From: Escherichia phage PE3-1 | Direction: 5' to 3' (one strand) | Sequence record: KJ748011 | Length of the DNA: 39,093 nt | Shown: positions 1-8,331 of the stretch, one piece after another | Position numbering within the stretch: position 1 is the stretch's first letter | How the letters are laid out: the number at the start of each line of letters is the position of its first letter | Notes under the pieces: generated by a model | Seen by the model: the letters and a program-made list of their open reading frames with translations, nothing else | The model's database searches: none | What the model was told of the DNA's origin: nothing | Position numbers and translations under genes: made by a program

Positions 1-738
1 GGGGGGACCTTATAGTATGCCGACTAAAAGTTAGCATATAGGTAAGGACTATAGGTCTCCATATAGTCAGGAGGGTGATATTAATCATAATCCCTCCAAT
101 ACAGATAGTCACCGACCATAGATACAGGAGGTATGTAGCATATGGCAAAGACCAAAGCTGTACTTAAAGCTCTGGCGACCAATCGAGCTACATACAGGTT
201 TCTTGCTGCTGTTCTACTTGCTGCTGGCGTTACTGCTGGAAGTCAGTGGGTCGGGTGGGTCGAGACTCTCGTATGTTCTCTGGTCTCTCAGTGTAGTTAA
301 CGCAATCATGGTAACGATTCATGAGCGGAAGACCTAAGGTCAGTACGTGGATAAAGACTCACTCTACTGACCTTAGCTACTGTAGGTCAAGGACTTTAGG
401 TAACACCTTAATAGAAGCTCACTTAGGGTCATCCTACTTATTGGTCTATCCTAGTGTCGCCTGACCTACGGTCCTTGACCTACAGTAGCTGCCACCTACA
501 GTCTTCGATGAGTTTTGGACCAAAAGTTTGAGACCACATCTCACAGTTCAAGAACCTCAAGTCTCCCCATAGGCCCTCTTTAAGTCCAGACCAAAGGCCC
601 TGCCCCTAGACCTTCGGTCTAAACTTCAGGTCGTTGACTCAAGGTTGACCCATAGTCCTGACGATAGGTCTAGGCTATGGCTGGAGGTCAGGACGATAGG
701 TTGGGACTATTGGTCTTCTCTGAGTCTCTATCTGTAAT

Positions 739-818
739 AACCATAGGTCTCAACAACCATAGGTCTCAACAACCATAGGTCTCAACAACCATAGGTCTCA
801 ACAACCATAGGTCTCAAC
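739..818. repeat. Tandem direct repeat, 5 copies of the 16-bp unit AACCATAGGTCTCAAC, followed by degenerate copies and CTACAGTC-type motifs to about 1000
   Basis: Five perfect head-to-tail copies read directly; lies in the non-coding left end, analogous to the short repeat arrays near the T7 left end. Confidence 0.9.
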
Positions 819-1097
819 AACCATAAGTCCTACAACCTACAGTCTCACCGACCTACAGTCACAACCATAGGTCCTACAACCTACAGTCTCACTACCTACA
901 GTCATTGACTCCTGCTGTACCTACAGTCTAACTAACCTACAGTCACAACCATAAGACACCAACACCCACAGTCAGAGACCTACAGTTAATAGACACACAG
1001 CTATAGACTTAAGGTCAAAGACATGTTAGTCAAAGACTATATCCTCTTACACTATGAGGCCGACGATAGCTTAATCAATATTATTTAAGATTACCTA

Positions 1098-1133
1098 TTG
1101 ACTATAGGTCTAGATTATGGCTTAATAGCTTCC
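1098..1133 (+). promoter_or_regulatory. Possible sigma70 early promoter (T7 A1-like): TTGACT, 17-nt spacer, CTTAAT
   Basis: Good -35 hexamer, weak -10; layout resembles T7 A1 (TTGACT-17-GATACT) as recalled. Confidence 0.3.
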
Positions 1134-1238
1134 GTCAACACGACACGGCAACAACCGGATAGTGAAGACGCCGGGTCATCCTGGTTAAGTAGACAGCCTG
1201 ATAAGTCATACGAAAAACAGGCAGATGACAGAAAGTAG

Positions 1239-1277
1239 TTGACAAGCAGTAACGACTTAAAGTAATATGTACCACAT
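1239..1277 (+). promoter_or_regulatory. Sigma70 early promoter (T7 A3-like): -35 TTGACA 1239-1244, 18-nt spacer, -10 TAATAT 1263-1268
   Basis: Consensus -35 and near-consensus -10; downstream GTACCACAT..GAAACGACAGTGAGTC closely matches the recalled T7 A3 region; upstream of ocr. Confidence 0.7.
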
Positions 1278-1471
1278 CGAAACGACAGTGAGTCCCAACA
1301 CTGAAACGGGATAGCACGGCGACGACAGCCAACGCGAATGCTCTTTAACAATCTGGATAAACTCTTAATGTGCGCCGATAGCGACTAACTACAGGGTCTT
1401 TGAGTCTACATCTGAAGGCCCTGACTGATAGTCACTAACACACACACGATTAACTTTGAGAGGATATAACT

Positions 1472-1804
1472 ATGGAACGTAACGCCAATGCATACTATGA
1501 GCTGCTGGCTGCAACCGTTGAGGCATTTAACGAGCGTATTCAGTACGACAAGATAGCTGAAGGTGACGACTACAGCGATGCGCTGCATGAGGTCGTAGAC
1601 GGCAATGTTCCGCACTATTACCACGAGATTTTCACGGTGATGGCTGCTGATGGTATAGACCATGAGTTCGAAGACTCTGGGCTGATGCCTGAGACCAAGG
1701 ACGTAACGCATATACTGCAAGCTCGCATCTATGAGGCGCTGTATATCGACGTGTCTAATAGCTCTGATGTCGTCTGGTTTGAGGCTGAAGAGGGCGACGA
1801 GTGA
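1472..1804 (+). CDS. ocr: Ocr (gp0.3) DNA-mimic anti-restriction protein
   Basis: 110 aa, acidic; motifs [36 protein letters not shown] match T7 gp0.3; first gene after the early promoters. Confidence 0.93.
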   Translation: MERNANAYYELLAATVEAFNERIQYDKIAEGDDYSDALHEVVDGNVPHYYHEIFTVMAADGIDHEFEDSGLMPETKDVTHILQARIYEALYIDVSNSSDVVWFEAEEGDE

Positions 1805-1953
1805 TGGTAACTTATGGTCTCTGCCAGCACCACGTCACCAACGCCCGGCTTATGGTCAAGACCGGGCAGTTAAACCATGATGCGGCTATGCGTCTCCTGA
1901 AAGCGGTATATGATGGCCGCAAGCGTATACACGACAGCTTATACGCTGAGTGA
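1804..1953 (+). CDS. Small hypothetical early protein (49 aa) at the T7 gene 0.4 position
   Basis: ATG overlaps ocr stop (TGATG coupling); not in the ORF track because under 60 aa; no recognised similarity. Confidence 0.4.
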   Translation: MVTYGLCQHHVTNARLMVKTGQLNHDAAMRLLKAVYDGRKRIHDSLYAE

Positions 1954-2022
1954 TAGACGAGAGGTCAGCTAACTGATAGGTGGCCTCAAAGATTATCACT
2001 TAAATTGATAGGAGTTAACTAA

Positions 2023-2190
2023 TGAAATTTACAGTCATCGCACTTTACATCGCCATCATTCTGTCATGGCTAACTGCGGTCATAGTCGATGGGAATGCAC
2101 TACGTCTTGGCTGGCTGGCAGTGGACATAATATTCTCTCCGGTAGGGGTCGTGCGCGGTCTACTGATGTGGATTGGACTGGCGGGATAAT
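2023..2190 (+). CDS. Small hydrophobic membrane protein (55 aa), hypothetical early protein
   Basis: AGGAG RBS 8-9 nt upstream of ATG 2023; MKFTVIALYIAIILSWLTAVIV forms a transmembrane segment; preferred over the overlapping RBS-less ORF 2066-2266. Confidence 0.5.
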
Positions 2191-2278
2191 CTATGAGTAT
2201 TGGACATTGGGTATGCTTATCTCCGGTCATCTTTCTGATAGCTTGGGGGATATACGACTGTATTAAACGGAAATCGCT

Positions 2279-2476
2279 ATGATATCTGCACTATTGATAG
2301 CCATAGGCTATGGACTTATCGCCTACGTGCTGGTGAGAGACATCAACAAAGCGCGTAAAGTCTACAAATTAAACTATGTACGTCTGGTCCGCTGGACTGT
2401 ACGTCAACCTAACGGACGATTCATGCGCAACTTAGCGAACGTCTGGGATATAGCAACCTTAGGGAGCAAACTGTAA
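2279..2476 (+). CDS. Small hypothetical early protein (65 aa) with N-terminal hydrophobic segment
   Basis: ORF with predicted TM segment LLIAIGYGLIAYVLV; its stop overlaps the next ATG (TAATG coupling). Confidence 0.5.
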   Translation: MISALLIAIGYGLIAYVLVRDINKARKVYKLNYVRLVRWTVRQPNGRFMRNLANVWDIATLGSKL

Positions 2477-2868
2477 TGAATATGTCAAATCTGGTACACG
2501 CACTGGATCAAATCACAGCGCTACGCGCCTTCACCGATAAGAACGGCGTAGAGTGGAAGTACGTCGGCACGGACTCTCGTGGTCGCAACTACTGGGAGGA
2601 GACCGGGAACAAGACTGCTTATGTGCATCGCCACTCGTCACACACCGCACGTCAACAGCAGGAGCGGGACCGTGTACTACAGGCACGACTCCGGGCCGAG
2701 GGCCATAAGTCCGAGCTGATGTGTCTGGCGTATGGTGGACGACCGATCACCGACGATGGTAAACTTCTGGTCTCAGGCTGGAAGGCGATAGACCAACGGT
2801 CAACCATCAAGCACACGACTCATGGTGACTTCAGTCATCTTCACGCTAACCCACTGATATGCAAGTGA
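2476..2868 (+). CDS. Hypothetical early protein (130 aa), no recognisable family
   Basis: GGGAG RBS upstream; occupies the region where T7 encodes 0.5-0.7, but no kinase motifs seen. Confidence 0.6.
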   Translation: MNMSNLVHALDQITALRAFTDKNGVEWKYVGTDSRGRNYWEETGNKTAYVHRHSSHTARQQQERDRVLQARLRAEGHKSELMCLAYGGRPITDDGKLLVSGWKAIDQRSTIKHTTHGDFSHLHANPLICK

Positions 2869-2874
2869 TTCTGA

Positions 2875-2896
2875 CTTAACTATCACTATAGGACTC
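2875..2896 (+). promoter_or_regulatory. Phage RNAP promoter CTTAACTATCACTATAGGAC upstream of gene 1
   Basis: Matches the 11-copy intragenomic consensus; expected TSS at the GG after TATA. Confidence 0.75.
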
Positions 2897-2965
2897 AAGG
2901 TCTAAGACTCCAAGTGAAAGACCAAAGAGACTTTAAGTGAAAGACTAATAACAAGGACTTTAAGT

Positions 2966-5647
2966 ATGAGCGTCATCTCCATTGACAAACACGACTTCTC
3001 TGACGTGTCGAACGCAATTGAGCCGTTTAACCTGCTGGCCGACCACTACGGGCAGGACCTTGCAGTAAAACAGCTTCAGCTTGAGCATGAGGCATACACT
3101 GAAGGCGAGCGACGTTTCATCAAGAACCTTGAGCGCCAGACAGAGCGCGGGGAACTGGCAGACAATCAGGTCGCCAAACCTTTGATGCAGACTCTGGTCC
3201 CTAAGATTGCGCAAGCCGTCAAGGAGTGGCATGAAGGCCCAGACGGGAAGCTGTCAACCTCTCGTCCTAGCGTAGCGTTCACCATGTTGAGCACTGAAGA
3301 GAAGGCCGTAAAGGACCGCTCTCTGCGCATCTCCTGTGAGTCTGCTGCGGTCATCATACTGAAGGTCATCCTCTCCAAGCTGGTCAAGCCTGAAGGTATC
3401 CCGATTACACCGATGGCCTCCGCGATAGGCCGTACACTTGAGGATGAAATCCGCTTCGGTCGCATTCGTGACAAGGAGCAGGAGCACTTCAAGAAGGCGA
3501 TAGCTGAGAACCTGAACAAGCGAGCCGGGGCATCCTATAAGAAAGCCTACATGCAAGCGGTTGAGACCTCCATGCTGGAGCAAGGTCAACTGGAAGATGC
3601 GTGGGGTACTTGGAGTCCGACCGAAGCGGTACACGTTGGCATCAAGATGCTTGAGATTGTCATCCAGTCTACACAACTGGTTGAGCTTAAGCGTTACGGT
3701 GCTGGCAATGCAGCGACTGATGTTGAGATGGTCCACCTGTCAGACTTCTGGGTAAAGAAGATGGCACAACGTGGATTCAGCCTTGCGGGTATTGCGCCAG
3801 TCTATCAGCCTTGCGTCGTTCCACCTAAGCCGTGGACGGGTGTCGTAGGTGGTGGGTACTGGGCCAAAGGTCGCAGACCATTACCACTGATTCGCTTAGG
3901 GTCTAAGTCTGCGGTAGCACGTTACGAAGACGTGTATATGCCTGAAGTCTACGAGGCAGTAAACATCATCCAGAATACACCTTGGAAAGTGAACAAGAAG
4001 GTGCTGGACGTGGTGAACATGGTAGAGAAGCTGAACAATACGCCTATTGATGACATCCCTCAGATGGAACCACTGAAGCCTGAGGACTATGCGGGTGAGA
4101 CCGAGGAGGAACTCAAGGCATGGAAGAAGGCTGCTGCTGGCATCTATCGCCGCGAGAAGGCCAGACAGTCACGCAGATTGTCACTGAGCTTTATCGTCAA
4201 CCAAGCGAATAAGTTCTCTCAGTTCAAGGCCATCTGGTTCCCATACAACATGGACTGGCGCGGTCGCGTCTACGCTGTGCCGATGTTCAACCCTCAGGGT
4301 AACGACATGCAGAAGGGTCTCCTGACTCTGGCAGTCGGTAAGCCTATTGGTGCTGATGGTTTCAAATGGCTGAAGGTCCATGGTGCAAACTGTGCGGGTG
4401 TCGATAAAGTCACCTTCGAGGAGCGCATCAAGTGGGTGGAAGACAACCACGACAACATCATGGCTGCTGCCAAAGCCCCGATGGATAGCATTGAGTGGTG
4501 GGGCAGGTTAGACTCTCCGTTCTGCTTCCTTGCGTTCTGCTTCGAGTATGCTGGCGTAATGCACCACGGCCTGTCTTACTCCTGCTCGCTACCGATAGCG
4601 TTCGATGGGTCCTGCTCTGGGATTCAGCACTTCAGCGCGATGCTTCGTGACCACATCGGTGGACATGCAGTAAACCTGACGCCATCCGGTAAGGTCCAAG
4701 ACATCTACCGCATCGTGTCCGACCGCATTGAGGAGGAGCTTAAAGTCCTGCTGGTTAACGGTACGGACAACGAGATGGTAACTCACGAGGACAAGAAAAC
4801 TGGTGAGATTACCGAACGTCTCAAGCTGGGGACACGAGAGCTGGCCCGTCAGTGGCTGACCTACGGTATGTCACGCAAGGTCACTAAGCGTTCGGTCATG
4901 ACTCTGGCCTACGGGTCGAAAGAGTATGGCTTCGCAGACCAAGTTTACGAGGATATCGTGATGCCAGCGATTGATTCAGGGTCTGGCGCTATGTTCACTG
5001 AACCAAGCCAAGCGTCTCGCTTCATGGCTAAGATGATTTGGGAAGCTGTGAGTGTGACCGTAGTTGCTGCGGTTGACGCGATGAAGTGGCTGCAAGGTGC
5101 TGCCAAGCTGCTGGCTGCTGAGGTGAAGGACAAGAAGACTGGTGAAACCCTGAAGCCTTGCCTTCCGGTACACTGGGTCACACCTGATGGTTTCCCTGTC
5201 TGGCAGGAATACCGCAAGAAGGATACTACTCGTCTGAACCTTATGTTCCTAGGGTCATTCAACCTTCAGCCTACAGTCAACAAAGGCACTAAGAAGGAGC
5301 TGGACAAGCACAAGCAGGAGTCAGGCATTAGCCCGAATTTCGTCCACTCGCAAGATGGTAGCCACCTCCGCAAGACTGTAGTCCACACGCACCGCAAGTA
5401 TGGCGTGATGTCATTCGCAGTGATTCACGATAGCTTTGGGACCATCCCGGCTGACGCTGAATATCTGTTCCGTGGCGTCCGTGAGACGATGGTTGAGACC
5501 TACCGAGACAACGATGTGCTGCTTGACTTCTACGAGCAGTTTGAATACCAGCTACATGAGAGTCAGCGCGACAAGCTGCCTGAGCTTCCGAAGAAAGGTA
5601 AACTGAATATCGAAGACATCTTGTCTTCAGACTTTGCATTCGCTTAA
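2966..5647 (+). CDS. 1: Single-subunit DNA-dependent RNA polymerase (T7 gp1 family)
   Basis: 893 aa, collinear with T7 RNAP along its length (e.g. FPYNMDWRGRVYAV, LPLAFDGSCSGIQHFSAMLRD, FALIHDSFGT, C-terminal SDFAFA). Confidence 0.98.
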   Translation: MSVISIDKHDFSDVSNAIEPFNLLADHYGQDLAVKQLQLEHEAYTEGERRFIKNLERQTERGELADNQVAKPLMQTLVPKIAQAVKEWHEGPDGKLSTSRPSVAFTMLSTEEKAVKDRSLRISCESAAVIILKVILSKLVKPEGIPITPMASAIGRTLEDEIRFGRIRDKEQEHFKKAIAENLNKRAGASYKKAYMQAVETSMLEQGQLEDAWGTWSPTEAVHVGIKMLEIVIQSTQLVELKRYGAGNAATDVEMVHLSDFWVKKMAQRGFSLAGIAPVYQPCVVPPKPWTGVVGGGYWAKGRRPLPLIRLGSKSAVARYEDVYMPEVYEAVNIIQNTPWKVNKKVLDVVNMVEKLNNTPIDDIPQMEPLKPEDYAGETEEELKAWKKAAAGIYRREKARQSRRLSLSFIVNQANKFSQFKAIWFPYNMDWRGRVYAVPMFNPQGNDMQKGLLTLAVGKPIGADGFKWLKVHGANCAGVDKVTFEERIKWVEDNHDNIMAAAKAPMDSIEWWGRLDSPFCFLAFCFEYAGVMHHGLSYSCSLPIAFDGSCSGIQHFSAMLRDHIGGHAVNLTPSGKVQDIYRIVSDRIEEELKVLLVNGTDNEMVTHEDKKTGEITERLKLGTRELARQWLTYGMSRKVTKRSVMTLAYGSKEYGFADQVYEDIVMPAIDSGSGAMFTEPSQASRFMAKMIWEAVSVTVVAAVDAMKWLQGAAKLLAAEVKDKKTGETLKPCLPVHWVTPDGFPVWQEYRKKDTTRLNLMFLGSFNLQPTVNKGTKKELDKHKQESGISPNFVHSQDGSHLRKTVVHTHRKYGVMSFAVIHDSFGTIPADAEYLFRGVRETMVETYRDNDVLLDFYEQFEYQLHESQRDKLPELPKKGKLNIEDILSSDFAFA

Positions 5648-5659
5648 CAGGAGAGAGTT

Positions 5660-5875
5660 ATGAAATTTGCACACAAGCAGGCTGGCGTTAATGGTGGGAC
5701 TCAAATCGTGACCGTAACAGAACACAACGGCAAGGGTCTGGTGAAGACCACGGTCATCCCTACCGAGCTGTCAAAACAGCTTAACGTACCATTCAAGACC
5801 CTCGTCCATCTTGTGGAATCCAACCACGAGAAGTACCTGAAAGACGCAGTGTCTAAGCTGGAGCAGACCAAATGA
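5660..5875 (+). CDS. Hypothetical protein (71 aa) between RNAP and the 1.1 promoter
   Basis: ORF with AGGAGAG RBS; no T7 counterpart recognised at this position. Confidence 0.5.
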   Translation: MKFAHKQAGVNGGTQIVTVTEHNGKGLVKTTVIPTELSKQLNVPFKTLVHLVESNHEKYLKDAVSKLEQTK

Positions 5876-5950
5876 CAGACCTACAGTTACTGGCCTTGTG
5901 GCTAGGAGCACTAGCAGTATTCACTTTAATCCAACGCAGAAGAGGTTAGC

Positions 5951-5972
5951 CTAAACTATCACTATAGGATTA
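5951..5972 (+). promoter_or_regulatory. Phage RNAP promoter CTAAACTATCACTATAGGAT (phi1.1 position)
   Basis: Consensus match; the T7 primary replication origin lies at the corresponding place. Confidence 0.8.
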
Positions 5973-6012
5973 GACTCAAGGTCATGACTCAAAGTCGTGG
6001 CCTTCATGATTA
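5971..6012 (+). promoter_or_regulatory. RNase III processing hairpin (R1.1-like)
   Basis: TAGACTCAAGGTCAT..(11 nt)..GTGGCCTTCATGATTA; AAGGUCA pairs with UGGCCUU; near-identical to recalled T7 R1.1 and to two other copies in this window. Confidence 0.7.
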
Positions 6013-6043
6013 ACCCTATAACCTAAATAACTGGAGCTACAAC

Positions 6044-6223
6044 ATGTATCAGAACACTATCAACTTAGAGCGCATCCGTGAACGTCAGCAGACTGAAGAT
6101 TACATTCCGAAGGGCCGCAAGCTGAACAAGACCAAGCGTGGCGGTGGTGTCAAGGGTGCTTTCCGTAACGCTGAAGGTAAAGACTCTCTGGTAAACCAAG
6201 AGAAGTATTCCGTAGGAGCGTAA
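6044..6223 (+). CDS. 1.1: gp1.1-like small basic protein (59 aa)
   Basis: KGRKLNKTKR motif as in T7 gp1.1; under 60 aa so absent from ORF track. Confidence 0.7.
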   Translation: MYQNTINLERIRERQQTEDYIPKGRKLNKTKRGGGVKGAFRNAEGKDSLVNQEKYSVGA

Positions 6224-6225
6224 AC

Positions 6226-6513
6226 ATGGGCATGTTCTCAAGAGCGCATAGCGGCAACCTGAACACTCTGCGTACAGCCATCAACAACTGGCAGACCGAG
6301 ACGGACTACAATGCAGATGTCAGCACTTGGTTTGACCCGGTGATGAACAGAACTTGTATCAAAGCGGTAATAGCCCACGTTCACACACGAGAGGTGCTCA
6401 TCGAGAAGGACTTCACGGAGTACCCGAATATCCGCGACGCAGATGTGCAGACCATTGTGATCGCCACTTGGTTCAATAAACAGTTCAACGACTACACTGG
6501 TCGATTCCTTTAA
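6226..6513 (+). CDS. 1.2: gp1.2-like protein (host dGTPase inhibitor family)
   Basis: 95 aa; N-terminal SGNL and overall resemblance to T7 gp1.2; AGGAG RBS; correct synteny. Confidence 0.7.
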   Translation: MGMFSRAHSGNLNTLRTAINNWQTETDYNADVSTWFDPVMNRTCIKAVIAHVHTREVLIEKDFTEYPNIRDADVQTIVIATWFNKQFNDYTGRFL

Positions 6514-6530
6514 TTCTGGAGACATTAACG

Positions 6531-7553
6531 ATGACAACTATCAAAACCAACCCGCACCGCGCTGTAGATTACTCTGAGTCAGGCGTTACGAAAGCACTGG
6601 CAGTAGCAGGGTCGCTGGAAGCTGAAGTGAAGTATGACGGTGTGCGGTTGAACCTTCCGGTGCTGCGAGAGGGTGAGACTTATTGGTTAAGCCGTGAGTC
6701 TAAACCACTACCAGCACTTGAGTGGATGAACTCTGAGTTAGGCAATGCGTGGACTCAGGCTGACTGGAGGTGGTTCCTTCGTCAAGCTGGCTATGAAGGT
6801 ATCGGCCTAATGATTGATGGCGAGGTCATGGTCAAAGGTGTTGACTTTAATACGTCCTCAGGTCTCATTCGAACCAAGTGGCTCAAGCCTAACAACGAGG
6901 AGTTCGCTGAATGCTATTCGGGCCGTGGCAAGAAGGTCCCGTTCTGGGTCGCCCGGTCACGACTTAAGGTTGTGGTTTACGGTATTGTCGACATGACAAC
7001 CATTGCTGACCCGAAAGCAGAAGGTCCTATCCACAGCGTCACACGCCTGAAGGCCGAAGCTATCGTCCCTCTCCTCCAGAAATACTTCCCGGAAATCGAC
7101 TGGGTTCTGTCTGAGTCGCACACGGTCTATGACCTTGAGTCGCTCAACTCCCTGTACGAACAGAAGCGTCTGGAAGGACACGAGGGTCTGGTAGTCAAGG
7201 ACCCGCTGGGTAAATACAAGCGTGGCAAGAAGTCAGGCATGTGGAAAATGAAGCCAAGCGAAGAGGCAGATGGTCACGTTGTTCGTCCGGTGTGGGGAAC
7301 GGAAGGTTTAGCCAACGAAGGTCTGGTCATTGGGTTTGACGTTATGCTTGAGAACGGGATGGAGGTCTCCGCAACTAACATTAGTCGCGCCCTTATGTCC
7401 GAGTTCACAGAGAACGTCAAGTCAGACCCAGATTACTACAAAGGGTGGGCCTGTCAGATTACCTACATGGAGGAGACACCAGATGGAAGTTTGCGACATC
7501 CGTCATTCGACCAGTGGCGAGGGACTGAGGACAATCCTACAGTCAAGATTTAA
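6531..7553 (+). CDS. 1.3: ATP-dependent DNA ligase
   Basis: 340 aa; adenylation motif KYDGVR (Lys in EVKYDG); synteny with T7 gene 1.3. Confidence 0.95.
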   Translation: MTTIKTNPHRAVDYSESGVTKALAVAGSLEAEVKYDGVRLNLPVLREGETYWLSRESKPLPALEWMNSELGNAWTQADWRWFLRQAGYEGIGLMIDGEVMVKGVDFNTSSGLIRTKWLKPNNEEFAECYSGRGKKVPFWVARSRLKVVVYGIVDMTTIADPKAEGPIHSVTRLKAEAIVPLLQKYFPEIDWVLSESHTVYDLESLNSLYEQKRLEGHEGLVVKDPLGKYKRGKKSGMWKMKPSEEADGHVVRPVWGTEGLANEGLVIGFDVMLENGMEVSATNISRALMSEFTENVKSDPDYYKGWACQITYMEETPDGSLRHPSFDQWRGTEDNPTVKI

Positions 7554-7944
7554 GGTTGACCGGACGGCTCCTTCGGGAGTCTCCAACCTGAAGGGTAAAC
7601 ACTTAGGTTATCGACGCAAGGACGGCTACTGGATTATAAACACAACCAAGGGTCAACTCCTTGCCCACCGGGTAGTCTGGGAGCTAACTCACGGTCCGAT
7701 ACCGGAAGGAATGGTTATTGACCATATAAACAGAGACCCTTCTGATAACCGCATTGAGAACCTAAGGTGTGTGACTCAGGCAGTGAACCTGACGAACGTC
7801 GCCGTCCGTAGCCACTGCAAGTCTGGCGAGAAGTATATTAACTTTGAGCCAAGGACTGGTCGCTGGCAACTGAGGATAAAGCGTAAGTCATACGGTACGT
7901 TCGCTACCATAGCCGAGGCGGTAGCCTTAAGAGATTCATTATAA
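7483..7944 (+). CDS. HNH homing endonuclease with C-terminal AP2-type DNA-binding domain
   Basis: HRVVWELTHGPIPEGMVIDHINRDPSDNRIENLR plus AP2-like GRWQLRIKRKSYGTFATIAEAVALR; start at ATG 7483 with GGAGGAG RBS, overlapping the ligase 3' end by 71 nt (track ORF 7330 extends upstream in the same frame). Confidence 0.85.
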   Translation: MEVCDIRHSTSGEGLRTILQSRFKVDRTAPSGVSNLKGKHLGYRRKDGYWIINTTKGQLLAHRVVWELTHGPIPEGMVIDHINRDPSDNRIENLRCVTQAVNLTNVAVRSHCKSGEKYINFEPRTGRWQLRIKRKSYGTFATIAEAVALRDSL

Positions 7945-7950
7945 CGTCAA

Positions 7951-7983
7951 CCCAGTGGTCTTCGGACTGCTGGGTTTCTTTGC
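7951..7983 (+). terminator. Intrinsic terminator (TE-like): 10-bp stem with UUCG tetraloop followed by TTTCTTT
   Basis: CCCAGTGGTC-TTCG-GACTGCTGGG then T-rich tract, directly after the early/ligase block. Confidence 0.7.
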
Positions 7984-8022
7984 TTATGCTAGAAAGCTAT
8001 CGTCTGGGCCACCAGCTAGACC

Positions 8023-8044
8023 CTAAGCTATCACTATAGGACAC
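8023..8044 (+). promoter_or_regulatory. Phage RNAP promoter CTAAGCTATCACTATAGGAC
   Basis: Consensus match with one upstream substitution. Confidence 0.75.
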
Positions 8045-8070
8045 CCATAACTTCGACCTAAGGAGACTCT

Positions 8071-8331
8071 ATGTCTAAGAACTTAATGTTCAATCGTTAT
8101 TCCAATACCTTCCACCTGTCCAACAACCCGTTCGCTTGCATTAAGCGCAACGAGAAGCTGTGCTACTTCGGGAAGGCCGTTAAGCTGGCACCTACAGTCT
8201 TCGCTCTGATTACTCCGGGTAAAGCTGAAGAGGCTCGCCAGAAGCGTGAGACCGACGTACCTGTGGTCTACACAAAGTGGCCACGCGTCCGTCTGTTCGT
8301 TGAGTTCGTGAAGGAGGTGGTTAATGCTTAA
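8071..8331 (+). CDS. gp1.6-position hypothetical protein (86 aa)
   Basis: ORF with AAGGAG RBS immediately after a promoter; assignment by synteny only. Confidence 0.6.
   Translation: MSKNLMFNRYSNTFHLSNNPFACIKRNEKLCYFGKAVKLAPTVFALITPGKAEEARQKRETDVPVVYTKWPRVRLFVEFVKEVVNA

Noticed and set aside
739-1000. Possible CRISPR array from regular short repeats
   Set aside because: The 16-bp units are directly contiguous with no spacers and no adjacent cas genes; this is a simple tandem repeat.
1115-1351. Minus-strand ORFs of 65-78 aa in the left-end region
   Set aside because: They lie in the early promoter region of a genome whose identifiable genes are all on the + strand; no RBS; overlap the A3-like sigma70 promoter.
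1380-1470. Possible R0.3-type RNase III hairpin upstream of ocr (AGGGTC...GGCCCT)
   Set aside because: Only a 6-7 bp stem with an 18-nt loop and none of the conserved arm sequences seen in the three confident sites.
2066-2266. 66-aa + strand ORF from the track
   Set aside because: No RBS and overlaps the 2023-2190 ORF, which has an AGGAG RBS and a clean transmembrane segment; the latter was preferred.
2892-2960. GACTCAAGGTCT after the gene 1 promoter as a fourth RNase III site
   Set aside because: Only the 5' arm of the conserved element is present; the complementary GTGGCCTT arm is missing.
3166-5639. Numerous short + and - ORFs nested inside the RNAP, gp16, gp15 and other large genes
   Set aside because: Alternative-frame ORFs inside long conserved coding regions with no RBS or conservation signal; expected by chance in GC-balanced DNA.
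7330-7482. Upstream extension of the HNH ORF (track start 7330)
   Set aside because: Would overlap the ligase by over 220 nt with no RBS; ATG 7483 has a GGAGGAG RBS and still covers the whole HNH fold.
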